Below are positions 12,960 through 30,405 of a stretch of 64,000 nt of DNA, piece after piece. Both the position numbers and the translations under genes were made by a program. Source of the stretch: Octopus sinensis (lineage: Eukaryota). The number at the start of each line of letters is the position of its first letter. Positions within the stretch are counted from its first letter, which is position 1. Under the pieces are notes generated by a model. It was given only the letters and a program-made list of their open reading frames with translations. It was not told the DNA's origin and did no database searches. The DNA is taken from the NCBI RefSeq assembly GCF_006345805.1, contig NC_043008.1, positions 1,612,001 to 1,676,000 on the forward strand, written 5' to 3'.

Positions 12960-14981
12960 TGTTTTTGTTTTTTCGTCTTCCTATTTTTTCTCTTCTCTCG
13001 GTTTTGCTTTGTTTCAGTTGTATGTATATATTCTGTCTTATGTGTGTGAGGCTTTGGTTATCTGAAGCTATTAAAGGAATGTATGACAGAAGTGTATATA
13101 TAGATATATTCTCTTTTATGCGTGTAAGCTTTTGGTTATTTCTTTGTTTGTTTAGGGAAAATTTGTAGTTAAGTGAAAAAAACGTACGTACGACATTGAA
13201 TCTAAACACGAGTTTACAAATATATAAACATAAATGGAACAAAAACGCAATAGAAGGCAATAAAACGTTCAGGCAGATAGACGACACAAAGGCGGACAAA
13301 GGAAACAGCAATAAAAAAGACAGGCAAAAACAAAAGACGTGTCATTCGTGGCTTTCTTTCATCCGTCAAGTCGCAGAAGTCACGACAATTTCAAGCAGTT
13401 ACACTTGAGATGGTTCGATCTGGTTGCCTCCCAAAATGTCTAAGCTAAGAACATTAGCCCCCCCTTTGTAAGAAGGCTAGCGAATGTGTACTGTAACAAA
13501 GAGAAAAAACAAATACAGAAAAAAATATCGGAGAACATGGTACACAATTACGAATACAAATAACAAGAATTAACAGGCGTTTTTCGACTAAAAACGAATC
13601 GCATTGAGCTGGCGTGTATAGATTGAAACCCTAAAGGCTGAAACATGGACACTAGAGGTATATAAACGGTTAGTTTGACTTTGTGGCTGTGAAGCTTGCT
13701 ACTGATTTTGGCAGAGGGAAGCAAATCATGTCTCGCCCTCACACACACACACACATCTATATATTTGCGTTACAGCATAGTGGCGCGTGAGTGAGAATAC
13801 TTTTCGGTAGCTGTGTTTGTGAGACTTATGCCTCGACATTTCTAATCAAGCTATGAGTGTACATGAGAGCTGAAGGAACGCAAAAAATTCTCTGGCTGAA
13901 GGGAGCAATGCTTTCGCTATAGGATGTAATTCAGCTAAATTAAGAGGTTAGTCAATGCAACTTGCTTTTGCAGCGGTGTGGAATTACTTGAAAGCTAGAT
14001 CGATGCAATCAATGGAGTTAGTATTCTGCAGGTCAAGATGATCGCTCCGTCTCCGTGGAACGAAGTCCGATTAACCGAGGGCTACTAAGTATCTCACGCA
14101 CACATAGGCTGCAAACCAAGTGGAAACTTCTAAAATTTAATACATATATTTTATATTCTTTGACAATGGTAGTTTCCAGCATGACCGATCTAATATCCTT
14201 TTGCATGTAATGTATGGAAGGCACAATAAAGGCCTTTCCTCTTTTTCCCTTCATCCTGGTGTTTATTTGGAATGCATATCTGCTTCTAAATATGATGTTT
14301 GAAGCCGTTTCCATGTAGTTTTTATATCTTTACTGCATTCCCATAGCGGCTCTCTATAAGTCTTTACGGTGATAGCATTTGTCAAAACCTACGAATCCTG
14401 ATGAAACAAACAATATCTAGTTCTAAACAACAAGCTTATCATTAGAGAGATAAAAGCTTAAATTCCAGAAGGGGGTCGTATATTTAGCGTTACGACCTCT
14501 GGACAGATAATAATTCTTTCATAAATTGCAAAGCAATATATAATAAAAAGGTAAATAAATGATATAAAGAAAACTTGAAAACATAACGCGGCCGTGTTTG
14601 CTGAAATTCCTGAACTCAGTGACATTAAAATTCAAGTCAAAGCCAACTGAAATATAAAGAAGGAAATAAACAAGGGGAATAAAGCATTAAATTAGGGAAA
14701 AAGAAAACAACAGATATTTGATGATTTTCGGAAACTAGGAGGGAGAAATATCCAGTATGAAAACAGTAACCCAACAAAAAATTACTGATCAATGAAAGAA
14801 AAATATATTTTGCAGCAGCGACATGGAAAGATGTTCGTCTTTCAAACATCTTAATGCATAAATGACAATACGATCACTTCAAACACAACCTAAAAACCCG
14901 TACACTATGATTTCAAATCACAGCACTCCCATAAACATGAGATGTGACAAAGAAACTTCAACGAATAATCATTTCTGCTAA

Positions 14982-15105
14982 AGGTGGGGATGCACGACAA
15001 CATCGACCCCAGTGCTCATGAATACATAAGATAAGAAGGTAAAGACAGACCAAATTGCCGTTAAGCATTTCGCCCGGCGTGCTAACGGTTCTACCAGCTC
15101 GCCGC
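14982..15105 (-). mobile_element. Family-A SINE, internally deleted
   Basis: The plus strand has gcatttcgcccggcgtgctaacggttctaccagctcgccgc (reverse complement of the family-A head) and atcgaccccagtgc. Confidence 0.8.
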
Positions 15106-16482
15106 TATAACTTCGACAAATAATTACATGATCCCTAATTGATAAGTACAGTGATGGAAAGAGGGGAAAAATTAACTGAATAAGAGGCAAAAGTAAATAG
15201 GGGCCATGAAGTTTTATAAACAAGTAAGCTGAATATTCAAAATGGAAGAGCATGCTATTTGCTTTTGAGCCAAATTAACTAACTAACTAAGAAGGGTATG
15301 GAAATCTCACACACGCACACCCTTTAGAAGAAATGATACAAACAGTGACGTTGGAATTAAGTCTTTCGTAACAATAAAGTACAAGAACCCCAGATAGAGA
15401 TTTGGACAGGCTAATACAAATCCTTCTTTTTAGGGAACCATGTACCAAACATGATAAAGATTGAACAATCTAAATATGTTGATGAAGAGTTTATGTAGTA
15501 AAATTATAAATTCATCAAAAGATTTCTTCACCAAAATGACACAGGTCTTAAATTGGCAGGTTTCAATTTATCTTATCTACCTCTTCAAATCTCATCGAAT
15601 CTGAAGCAAATATGGAAAGCATTAGTTGCAATCTCCGATATATAGAACTTTACAGCAATAGGAACAAACCTGATGACGCAACTGTCAACAACAACAAAAA
15701 ATACAAAGAAAATCCAACCATACAGAGAGGGGGATAAACGTTGAGATACGTATATTGCTGCAGCATCTAAATTGCAAATCTGTTCACTGAAATGTATACA
15801 AAAGATTTGTAAAGAAGAAACGAGACGACTAAAACAAAAACACAAAAAAAACTATCGAATGATTCTTCGATTATCTTGACAGAGTAGGGTAATAGTTATT
15901 ATGAATATAGATTATTTATAAAGATAAGATATTAGAACAACTAATGAAAACTACTATTAGAAAGAAACAAACTATCAAATAATAATAATATTTATGAACA
16001 AACTTCGAGAATTGATTTTTCAATATTAAGTTCACTTCAAAGATAAATAAAATTACTAATTATTTAATTTCAATAATTGCAACAGCAATCTCCAAGGGAT
16101 TCTAACCATGATTACAATTTTCACCACAGTTTTTCAATCAATTTTAAGATCTATTTCTCAAAATCTTAATCACAGGTTTCATGAATCAGATCACAGCAGT
16201 TTTCTGAAAAGGAACTCTCCCAATAATGTTTGGCCTAAGTAATGTCTGTACTACTATATTACACAGTCTAGTCCTGTTGATATTCAGATATTTTTTCTAA
16301 TATCAATACACAAAATCTGCAATACACCAGAGGGAAAATCTTTTTTTCCCTCACTTTTCTATCCTTCTCATTCCCTCCTCTCACTCTTTCTACACTCTTA
16401 GTTTCATTTTCTCAATCTCCCCTCTCTCTCTCTGTCTGCCTGTCTGTCTGTCTGTTTATGTATGTCTGTGCGCTTGTCTCTC

Positions 16483-16531
<49 letters not shown>

Positions 16532-18882
16532 TCTGAATTTGATATATGTCAATTTGAAATGTGGCAATTTTATGCTGTGTTTCTTCTTTTATTAGTTTGT
16601 AGTACTTTGGACGGAAATGTTTTGGCAATATTTTGCAAAATAATTTAGCTACGAGGAAGGCGTCTCCATTGATCGAGCGATGAAACCAGATGATTTTCCT
16701 ATTGCAATTTCCTTATAATTATTGTAAGACCCTTTTTTCTTTTCGTATGTTGAACCTTTTCTTCGTAACTGTTGTTATTTAGATGCTGGTTATTTAAGAA
16801 TTGTTATTTTATTTACCTTCTTTCATTTGAAGGTGAAGAAGAAAGTCGTAGAAATATACTTTGTAATAGGGATTTTTTTTGCATAGCATTCGTGGTGGTT
16901 GGGTTCACTTTGTACATAGTGAAACTATTCCTTGTCTCTTCTGTAGGCTTTATAGATACCGGATCCTATGTCATGGATACCGTTTTGGAAGACGACTAAC
17001 CTTAGTTATATTTCCATTATAATAAAGAAAGATAAACTTGTGTATACATTACATACAACTGAATGAATTTAATGATATAAGTCCAGAATATATTTACGGG
17101 GGGATATTATCAAATTGAATCACAATAACATAATAAGTGTATCGTAAATTATAAAGTCAGCGAGAATATTAATGGATACAATTTATATTTGCACTAAGGA
17201 CAAAACTATTAGATCCAATTCCTAACTGCAATCAAGCCCTGTCTAGACAAAGCGGCATCGCCATGGCATTCATTATTATTCCACTTACATATGCATTGAT
17301 TATATAGATACAATTCCTTGAAGTGAAAGAAATAATTGTGACCTGAAGACTCATTATTTCCCGAAACTTTCAATGCAGATTCTTCTGATGAATAATCCGT
17401 AACATACGCAATTACATAAACTACAATTATAATTAAAATAAAATAATTTACATTTTGTCAGCAGAGTCAGACTCACCAAATAAATGCTTTTTAGGCATTT
17501 AGTTACCCAATGTGACTTGTTAATAATTAAAAAGTGAAACACAGAAGTAAGCAAGTTATCTAACTCTCTATATTTTTCTCTCCTTAAATTCATTCTATGA
17601 ATATATGAGTGAGAGAGAGGGAGAGAGCGAGAGAGAGAACGAAAAGGCCTGTGGCCTGGTGATCATGGCGTTGCCCTCACGATCGCGGCACAAATACTTT
17701 ATCACTATAAACAAATCATCTATGCAGGAGTGTAGGTGTTCAGCAAGGATGCGCAGAACCATCCTCAAAAGACTACCAAAATACACACACACATACACAC
17801 ACTCGCAAAATTGTATGTGTGCTGTATATGTCTCTTCCAGCTTATATTCAGTCCCTATATATAAACCGGTAGAGAACATAATTTTGTAATATTTAACAAC
17901 TTCGTGTGTCCGTGTGTAAGTAATTGCAGCGCAGAACATGTAAATTTAATATCATACGGTTCTAGCTATCCTCAATATCGACGGAAACAATTTATTATTT
18001 CATGATGCTCTGTGTTAGCGCAGTGTTTTGGGCGGAAATACTAGCTGTGAAAATGAAAAATACATCAGGAAACCTACATAAAAATATTTCTCTATCTTTC
18101 ACTTCCTTGTATAAAGTAGATTATTTCTGTGAATGTGGATTATGTACATTCTGACACACAAGAATACAGTGATAAAACAGAATAACTGCTGGAACGATAA
18201 ATATGTTATAGTGATAGACACATATAATATTAATTCAGTAGTCCGAGATGATGATATATTAAATGAAACTGTCATGTAGGGGAAAAGGTAACATTTTCCA
18301 CTGAGTGATGATTACAGTAAGCTGCTTCTCAGATACCATCATAATTTGCTAATTATATTTTCACTGATTTTGGTCACGTCATGGTATAAAATTGCAGAAA
18401 GTAGCTGAGCCTATGCCTAGTTTACATGAGCACGCAGAAAAACACACCAATGTCAGTGTGTGTGTGTGTGTGCGTGTGTAGATAGAGAGATAGATAGATA
18501 TATAGATAGATAGATATATAGATACATAGATAGATACATACATACATAGATAAAATTTAGATTCAGTTGAATACGGTGCGTAGGTTGAGACATCTAAATT
18601 TAGTACGGTATTATCCATACGATTTCAAAATAAGGTAATTAGAATCAAAATAAGCAACAAGGATATGCAGAGGTAATTACAGTACGATCGTTTCACGAAA
18701 TTCCATTTAACGGAACACTGCAACCATTGTATCACTTTAAAAGCAGAGCAATCCTCAGCTACACAAAGACATAGAATTTAATTAAAATAAAACAGATGGA
18801 CACATTAGTTAATTTTACCTAAAATCTCCAAGAAGATAAACGTTCGTACTGCATTATCTCTGGATATCCTTGTTGCTTATTT

Positions 18883-19236
<354 letters not shown>

Positions 19237-21662
19237 TGTGTGATATAGCTAGATCCACATGCGGATATATACATTGATTGAGAGATATGGATACATGCAC
19301 ACATCCAGCACACATATATATGCTGAGACATGTACGTATATATGTTTATATAACGTAGTAAACTTACATATACACACACGTTTATGCACCTCATATGACG
19401 ACTGACATATCTGCTGTGACAATCATTTGGTTTATTTAGGTAGTAAATATTATTAGTATTAATATATTATTACAGTCGAAGTTACACTGGAATGATAGAT
19501 TGGTTTATAAATGCAAGTACCATCTTACACCTACTATTCAAGAGATAACCAAAAACACCCACACACACCCACACAAAATAGCAGATGTCACACATACGTC
19601 CACAGTGAACTATAGATGTACAAACACACGGTTCCATACACGCTATGAATCAATTGAAATATGACAGACATTCTGCACATTAGGTTGTAGATGTTGTTAA
19701 GTGAGTTTCCTTTTATGAAGCATTTACAATTTCCCTCGCTGGATTTTCTGTAAGGCACAGTGTGACCAGAAACATATTGATGAATAGAAATACTTCGTTT
19801 CCTACATGACGGCCGTATTTTCACTCACGAAATTCAGAACACAAGAAAGGTTCACCTGTCATCTGAAAAGTGAGTTGTTACTTAGCAATTTCTCATTTGT
19901 ATCATTAATACGAATGAATCCTTCAGTTACACACGCGCGCACAAACACAAATAGATAGATCGCTCGATCGATAGATAAATAAATTGATTGATATAGATAC
20001 ATGCAAACCTACATATAATTATGTGTGTACGTACGAGTTTGCGATGTCGAATGCATGGAAAATGATAATAATTTGAGGAAATAAACAAGTAGAGAGCAAA
20101 GGTGTGTCCATCAAACTTCCAGCTTCGTCACGAGAAAAATACTGAACGCTGAAATTCTGGACGTGAAAGTCATTTAAATGTAATTAACATTTTTGCGTGT
20201 CTCACTACATTTACACTTGTTTCATAACTATTTACTGTTGAATAATTGTATTTTAGAGTCATTTAGAATATATTCATTACTTGATAATTCACGGAAAATT
20301 ACAACAAATATTCGGTTTCAAATCTTTTCTTAAATATACATATATATCTGTAGGGGTTATCTGTAATGAAGGATAATGGTACACTGCCTTTTGTCAATAG
20401 TAAATATGTATTTTAATGATTTTGATATGGTAAAAATAGTTGCCAAAGTTTATTTCCAAGTACTACATTCAATGAAAGAGTTTAGATACCGAAGCATTAT
20501 TTGGTGAAAGCACGTAATAGACGGCATGAAACTGTTAACTATTTTACATACTTTTGTAACAAGTGAACGCAACCAGAAAGATTGACATTAGTTGCTTTAT
20601 ATGTGTATTTTCAAGTTCTAATAGTTATCCACCTTCAATTTCTGATTCATAACATACACCGCACATACCGGAATATTTATCATCACTTTGTATCTTACAA
20701 CATTTCCTCCAGAAGCTGTGAAGAAACTACGGCAGGCCTATTATTTTTGTGGCAATTTTTAGTCGGGTTCTCTATATAGCACCCACTTAAAATATAACTT
20801 CTATATTTTTGAGCGATATTATTTATTTCTGTATTCTTCGATTTCTGTTAATTTTTGAATAAAAACATAGACAAAACTGCAATAGCGAACATCAATTTGC
20901 TTTAATGGACGTTATTTGAATGAGGTTCCTTATCAACTGGCAATATTCCCTGATTAACCTAGTAAATAATATGTATTTGTGTTCTTTTAAATTATACGAG
21001 TAGCAAATATTTCAACTATATATTATGAAATTGTGAAATTAAATAAACTTGTAAACAATTTCTCATCCTTATATAGAATTTAAATGAATGTTGTATCAAT
21101 AATCCATCTCCAGATATCCTTGCGATTCTACAGAAAGTAAAATGACACAAATGATTAATGAACGTGAAGGAATAAAAGAAAAGGTAGAACTACATTGCTA
21201 GTCATTGCATAGAGACGCACATGTGGGCGCACCTAGATAAAAGCACGCCAACGCAGACATATAAACACAAAATATAGATATATAAATATATGAATATACC
21301 TGTATATTATGATCATAGCAATAATCAGCTAGAAGAAAAGAAAATATTTCTAAAGTACAAGAAAATATATTAAAGAAATATTAAAGTAATCCTCAAAACA
21401 TATGACAGTAAGTTAAAAGAGAAATGTAATTAACAAAATACATAAAAATTCAAAAAGAGGTAAAAATGAAGTATAGACTTCATTGTAATTGGTAAGAAGT
21501 AAAAACAACTGAGGAAGTAATGATTTATCAAAAGCTAACAGGGTATTAAAAGGTGACGAAAGAAATATGAGAAAATGTAAAGAAGACCAGACGATAAGGA
21601 GATGCAGGTGAAAAGTGAATTTGAATTGAGAATGATTGCCACACGTTAATAATAATATATCT

Positions 21663-21894
21663 GTTTCTTTATTACCCACAAGGGGCTAAACATAGAGGGG
21701 ACGAACAAGGGCAGACAAAGGGATTAAGTCGATTGCATCGAACCCAGTGCGAAAGTGCTACTTAATTTATAGACCTTGAAAGGATGCAAGGCAAAATCGA
21801 CCGCAGCGGAATTTGAACTCAGAACGTAACGGTAGACATAATACGGCTACGTATTTCGGCCGGCGTGCTAACGATTCTGCCAGCTCGCCGCCTT
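21663..21894 (-). mobile_element. Family-A SINE, full length, with degenerate TSD
   Basis: Reverse complement of the complete 12294 copy. Flanks acgttaataataatatatc (21643-21661) and acgttaattaagatatatc (21898-21916) are a probable decayed TSD. Confidence 0.9.
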
Positions 21895-21954
21895 CAAACG
21901 TTAATTAAGATATATCATATGTTCGTGGCTTATGCATAACAATGTGGAATTTCA

Positions 21955-22276
21955 GTGGCCAAGTGGTTTCAATTCCCAGACCGGTCGTTGTGAGAAGATA
22001 CCTAAAGCTCCTCGAGGCTCCGGCTTGGGGTGGTGGCGAACCCTGCTGTACTCTTTCACCGTAATTTTTCTCTAACTCTTTCTTCCTGTTTCTGTTGTGC
22101 ATGTATTTCAAAGGGCCAGCCTTCTCACAATCTGTGTCAAGCTGAATATCCCTGAGAATGACATTAAGGGCACACGTGTATGCGGAATGCTCAGCCACTT
22201 GCACGTTAATATCACGAGCATGTTGTTCCGTTGATCGAATCAACTGGAACCCTCGTCGTCATAACCGACGGAGTGT
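21955..22276 (+). mobile_element. Family-B tRNA-derived SINE with a partly deleted head
   Basis: Colinear with the reverse complement of 28732-29114. It has fused A/B boxes gtggccaagtggtttcaattccc and the same tail, aaccctcgtcgtcataaccgacggagtg. Confidence 0.88.
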
Positions 22277-22489
22277 CACGCGTATGCATAATAATATTCA
22301 TAATTGATTGAAAGACCAGGAACAGAAAAAGGTACATAAACTTATACGAATACACATTCATACGAATGTATATGCTTATACATAGGTCGGTGTATGTGTG
22401 TGTGTGAGTGAAGTGTGTGTATATCTAAGTATTTAAGTTACTATATATACCTAAGCTAAGATATAGGTATGAATAAACACACAGACACA

Positions 22490-22612
22490 CACTTTCTGTT
22501 TAACGAATTCACTGATAAGGATTTGCCCGGTCCTTCTGCATAACAATCTGCCCAAGCTCATACGCAGTAGGACTGAAACCAGTACCATGGGATTTCGAAA
22601 CAAATTCTTACC
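22490..22612 (-). mobile_element. Degenerate 5' part of a family-C SINE
   Basis: tgcccaag..acgcagtaggactgaaacc matches the corresponding part of the copy at 51543-51918. Confidence 0.55.
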
Positions 22613-22614
22613 AT

Positions 22615-25000
<2,386 letters not shown>

Positions 25001-27099
25001 TGTATGTATATATATGTATGCACACATTTGTATTTTTACATATTTATACTCGCACATTTATAGGTATGATTGTATGTATGCGTATATATTAATATATAAC
25101 GGGAAATACAATTTGAAATGATTTCATTACCGATATTGTGGTAAGAGGTTCGTTCACGCAGGTTTTCTCACAAGACAAATAATTAAGAGGTATTTTACGT
25201 AATATCCTGATGCCACTTGTAATTTATAAATAATAAACCCTGCTAGCACACATCGGTGATGAAATAATTTCAACTCTATTATACGTTATATATTAATATT
25301 CAACTAGGGAGGCCTGTGAATATTTGACGGATAGACCAGTTGCGTGATTTCTGAAAACTTTATCCAAAAACCCCGAAGGCGTAGCTTGTGTTGTGTCTGT
25401 ATCGAAAACTAGTCGCTCACCTGCTACTCATTGAAAAGTGAAAGAAATTGGAATATGATGTTTACTTAATGCACTTTATATATACACCTTATATACTTCA
25501 TGCACAGTTTTATAGAATTAATACACAGCACTCATATAATAAATATTCACTCGTATTTCTCCATTTTCTTCATAAGCAAACACCAACCTCCCCATACATA
25601 TGGTACGGCCTTTAATTAAATTCCATATATCTGTCACGTAAATAGACGCGAATATTTCACAGAATTGCACTTACTTGTATGCATTAAGTGATAAGTAATA
25701 CAAAAAAATTCACTTTAAAATATTACACTTTTCTCTCTTCAATCACCACTACCACATCAACCTCGACACAACCACCTCTATCTCCACCACCACCACCAAT
25801 ATCATCATATCTCTCTCCTTTCTGTCTCTCTCATCTGTCTCTTATTCGTCTCTCTCACCCCCTCTCTCTCTCTCTCTGCCTTTTTTCAACCCCCACCATC
25901 AGAACATCACCCCTCTTTTAAAATTATATTTTTACTCCTTATCCTTCGACTAACATTTTTAATCACCTAATAAATATGTTTCCTCTATCTCGTTTGGTGG
26001 ACGCTTCTCTCTCCCTCTTTTTCTCTCTCCCTCTTTCTGTCTCATTCTTAGCCTTATACTCGGTTTCTCTCTCCCTTTTACTGCCATCTCTTTGCCTTCA
26101 GCTAATCACGTGAAAGCGTTACTATTAGAGTCTCTCTACATCACGTCTGGGATGTTCCCCTCTTCCTTTTTCTCTCTCCCTTTTTCCTCTAAGGGAAAAC
26201 GTGGCTAAGACAGCTGTATGTTATAAATACATAGAGTAGCGTTATTCAAATGGTGAAGGAGGAATAGTTAGGGAATAATTGAGGAGGGCGCTATCATTTG
26301 TACCTTCAGAATGTCGTTACAATTAGGAATTATGTGGCTCGGTTCATTCAGACATTCGTTACATTGCGTAATATAGATGAGACTTCTGCGATTCACAGAT
26401 GGCATTTGTTGTTATAACAGTTACAAGGTTTGACATATGTATCGATGTTTAAATTGTATAGAACAGAAAATACGGGCGTTTTTCTATTTTGTTTTTCACT
26501 CCCTTCTTCCCACTACATCTCTCACTTTAAATAATATCTTCTGCGAGTTAACTTGGATCCCTTGACGAAATGTAGCCTACATTTAACTAAGGTATCTTCG
26601 GCCAGATGAGTAGCTTCTTGAATAGCGTTCGTTGAGTACTTATTGCTTCTGAAGGTTTGCTAGCTAGGAAACATATGTAGCCTGAATTTTACCCGCTCCT
26701 TTCCCTAAATGTGGATTTTCTCGCAATCATATTCACCCTAGATGCTAAGCGCGAATTATAACACAGTAGGGGTGAAACCTTCAAACTTTGAGGCGAAGAA
26801 ACTATTATTGTTCCTGTAAATTGTTTTTATATGTACTACGGACTGTTCGAAACCTACTAACTTCATAGACTCAAATACTTGGATCATAGAATTACATGCT
26901 ATTATATATGCCCGTGTGTGTGTGTCTAAGCGTGCGTGTGTGTGTATGTGTGTGTGTGTCTGCCTTTTCTAATTTCAAACAATTATTCCTGAGGTTTAAC
27001 AATGTAGATGTCTCACTCAAACTATTTTTGAAATAGGTCCATGTTGTTTAAGCTCGAATTCATTATGTTGTTCGTGTTATACAAGTCTGAAATACTTGT

Positions 27100-27300
27100 T
27101 GAATACTGCCTCAGTTTTCGCACTAGTTGTCTTACCTTACTTGAATTGACTTCTGATGCTTCAGTGTTAACAAAATATAGGTAACGGCTCTACCAGCATG
27201 CAAAAGCTAGTTCGTTTGCTAATCATATTCAAAGGTAGGGAGCTTTGCGAAATCTTTTGAAGTGATGCTGCGTTGATTGTTAATCTCTGAGGTTGGATTT
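27100..27300 (-). pseudogene. Possible hAT transposase C-terminal dimerisation-domain relic
   Basis: Minus-strand FVNTEASEVNSSKVRQLVRKLRQYS resembles the hAT motif PV.TAS.ERSFSKL..IK..LR. This is a short, degenerate match only. Confidence 0.3.
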
Positions 27301-27556
27301 TAGTGCTTAAACTTGGAAGCTAATGCTGTTAAAACAGCCAATTCTTGCTTGTCATGTTGAATTTACATTTCTAAGGTCTCTTGTCGCATAAGCAACAAGT
27401 TAATGAGATCTGCAGTGGTTTCCATTTTTATTTTCAACGACAAATAATGTTGCAACGTAAGAACGAATTATGATATTGTGCTCAGAAAATAATTTTATTA
27501 AAGAAAGAAAAATATTGCAGTGATTCAAAAATGATGGCAAACTGTAATTCCAACTC

Positions 27557-27861
27557 TCTCTTTTTTTCTTTTACTTGTTTCAGTCATTGGACTGTGGCTA
27601 TGCTGGAGCACCGCCTTTAGTCGAGGTAATCTACCCAGGGCTTATTCTTTGTAAGCCTAGTACTTATTCGATCGGTCTCTTTTGCCGAACCCCTAAGATA
27701 CTAGAACATAAACAATCCACCATCGGTTGTCAAGCGATTCTGGGGGACAAACACACACACAAACATATACACATACACACACACACACATGTATATCTAT
27801 ATATATATATATATATGTGTGTGTATATATACATACATACATACATACATACATACATACA

Positions 27862-27895
<34 letters not shown>

Positions 27896-28052
27896 CCACA
27901 CTTTTCTTTCAGTTTCTGTCTACCAAAGCCACTCACAAGGCTTTGGTAGGTCAGCGGCTTTATTAGAAGACACTTTCCCAATGTGTCACGCAGTGGGAAT
28001 GAATCCGGAGCTATCTGGTTTGTAAGCAAGCTTCTTACCTCACAGCCACTCC
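27557..28052 (-). mobile_element. Family-C SINE (tRNA-like head) with an internal (CA)/(TA)/(CATA)n microsatellite
   Basis: The minus-strand head is ggagtggctgtgaggtaagaagcttgc...ggattcattcccactgcg. It is colinear with 51543-51918, and the microsatellite sits at the same internal position. Confidence 0.9.
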
Positions 28053-28731
28053 CGTCCACGATTTATATATAAAACTGCTTTAAAAAGAAGCGTCGAACAT
28101 TCAAATAGAATAGATACATGGAATGAGTCAATATATAATATATGTCACCGAATCGAGTCAATGAAGTGTACTCAGGACTGAAAAAATAAGAATAGGCGTA
28201 AGCAGCAAGATAAACGATGTGGGAGTAGGGAAACATCTCATGACAGCATCGTGCCATTTGATTGGAATTATTAAAATATACAAATAGTTAACAAAGTAAA
28301 CATCGGTAAACATCTTAGTGATAATGTCTTCTTTCCTAGTTAGTCGTTCGATAAATATAGATGAATTGGGCGAATCTGATGATTCTGTGATGTTGGTCAT
28401 ACATTCTATAAAAATCCATTCATTACTATTCACATTTATACATATGTGTATATGCATATACAATATATTTGAACAAATGAATCGAAAAGTTCTTTTCTGG
28501 TAAGTTTTACACTTTAATAATTAGAAAAAAATTCTGTAAATAATAATTATAATCTAAAAGCGAATAAACATTCACTGCGTATTGGTTAAATAGAAGTTGC
28601 ATAATATTGCGTATATAAGACCTTGACGGAAAACCTCGGCATTAGTATGCGTGAAAATCGAGCCACACGTCACACATTCACGATAAGTGTGCTACCATAA
28701 AAACATAATTTTTTTAATGTTGGGTAAAGAA

Positions 28732-29114
28732 GGAAGGAAGCACTCCGTCGGTTACGACGACGAGGGTTCCGGCTGATCCGATGAACGGAACAGCCTGCTC
28801 GGGAAATTAACGTGTAAGTGGCTGAGCACTCCACAGACACGTGTACCCTTAATGTAGTTCTCGGGGATATTCAGCGTGACACAGAGAGTGACAAGGCCGG
28901 CCCTTTGAAATACAGGTACAACAAAAACAGGAAGTAAGAGTGAGAGAAAGTTGTGGTGAAAGAGTACAGAGGGATCACCACCATCCCTGCCGGAAACTCG
29001 TGGAGCTTTAGGTGTTTTCGCTCAATAAACACTCACAACGCCCGGTATGGGAATCGAAACCGCAATCCTACGACCGCGAGTCCGCTGCCCTAACCACTGG
29101 GCCATTGCGCCTCC
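28732..29114 (-). mobile_element. Family-B tRNA-derived SINE, full length, with 11-bp TSD (one mismatch)
   Basis: Minus-strand head ggaggcgcaatggcccagtggttagggcagcggactcgcggtcgtaggattgcggtttcgattccc (A box TGGCCCAGTGG, B box GGTTTCGATTCC) and a (TTCC)n tail. The TSD is tgggtaaagaa (28721-28731) and tgagtaaagaa (29115-29125). Confidence 0.93.
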
Positions 29115-29536
29115 TGAGTAAAGAAATAGGTGCATTTTCTGTGTTAAGTCAGGAAACGGACACGGGTGAAAATTTGTAAATAATAATTATAAGTGAATAA
29201 GAATTCCTCAGATTTTGGGTAAAGAATATAGTCTAACAATGTGGCATATAAACTCCCGAGGGACGAAAATAGGTGATTGTACGCGTGAGAGTCGATTTCC
29301 ACAATATTAGACTAATTTCTTTAGCTGATACAAGGTAAACGCCTATAAGCTTTAAGCTTGAATGCCTATTATTATTTACAGAATATATATATGTGGGTAT
29401 AAAATATATTGGTATCTAAAAGACCCAAAGAATTGCAGGTAATGCCAAGGAAGAGCTAGGGACAGATCGTAGATAAACTCTTGGTTCGATCATGATACAA
29501 GTGAGGAGTTTAATGTGGGTGGGTCATGTATTATCC

Positions 29537-29800
29537 GACACACATACACACACACACACATACACACACCAACACTAACACATACACACACATACACACA
29601 CACACACATACGCACACACACACATACACACACCAACACAAACACACACATACACACACATATATATATATATATACACACAAACATACACACACATACA
29701 CACATACACATACACACACATACACACACACCAACACACACATATACACACACACACCAACACACACATATACACACACACACACACAGACATATATATA
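29537..29800. repeat. Degenerate (CA)n-rich microsatellite
   Basis: Directly visible. Confidence 0.92.
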
Positions 29801-30370
29801 TATTATATATTTGGAAAGAGCAGAATACAAAGCCAAAGGTGTGAGGAGTGTTCGGGACATTTATACAGCTGTAAGACTATATCTCTTTCCTTTGTTATCT
29901 GTTCTTGTCTAATATATATATGTGTGTGTGTGTGTATGTGGGAGGGGGAGAAAGTTATCGGAAACATAAGAGAAGCACATACCTAATGATATGGATATGT
30001 AATTTTGTAACGTTCTTGAATATGTGCTTATCATGTGAGACGGTGGGAGGAATGAAATAGATGGCAATATCAGGTAATATGTTAATGAGGTAAAAACGAG
30101 AATCTCTTTAATTATCTTAGAACAGTTTCAATGATGAGGAACCATGCCCCGGCTGTTCACTGCACGCGCATAAACTGATATCTTCCTCTTAATATTTCCA
30201 ATGAAGTGTTTATTCAGGAAAGCATTTAAATAAATGGTTTGGCATCAAATGATACGTATACACAAGAATGCACACAGAAATACACACAGAGAAAGATGGA
30301 GAAACACACACATTCAACACACACAAAGCAATACATTCATATATATATATACATACATTTATATATATGC

Positions 30371-30405
<35 letters not shown>

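Noticed and set aside
28318-28506. ATG AAT CGA AAA GTT CTT TTC TG|gtaagt as a first coding exon, and nearby acceptor-like sites
   Set aside because: A strong donor alone is common by chance. There is no promoter evidence and no linkable downstream exon.
29040-29114. tRNA gene (A and B boxes on the minus strand)
   Set aside because: It continues directly into a SINE body with a tail and TSD, and lacks a proper acceptor stem and terminator. It is a SINE head.
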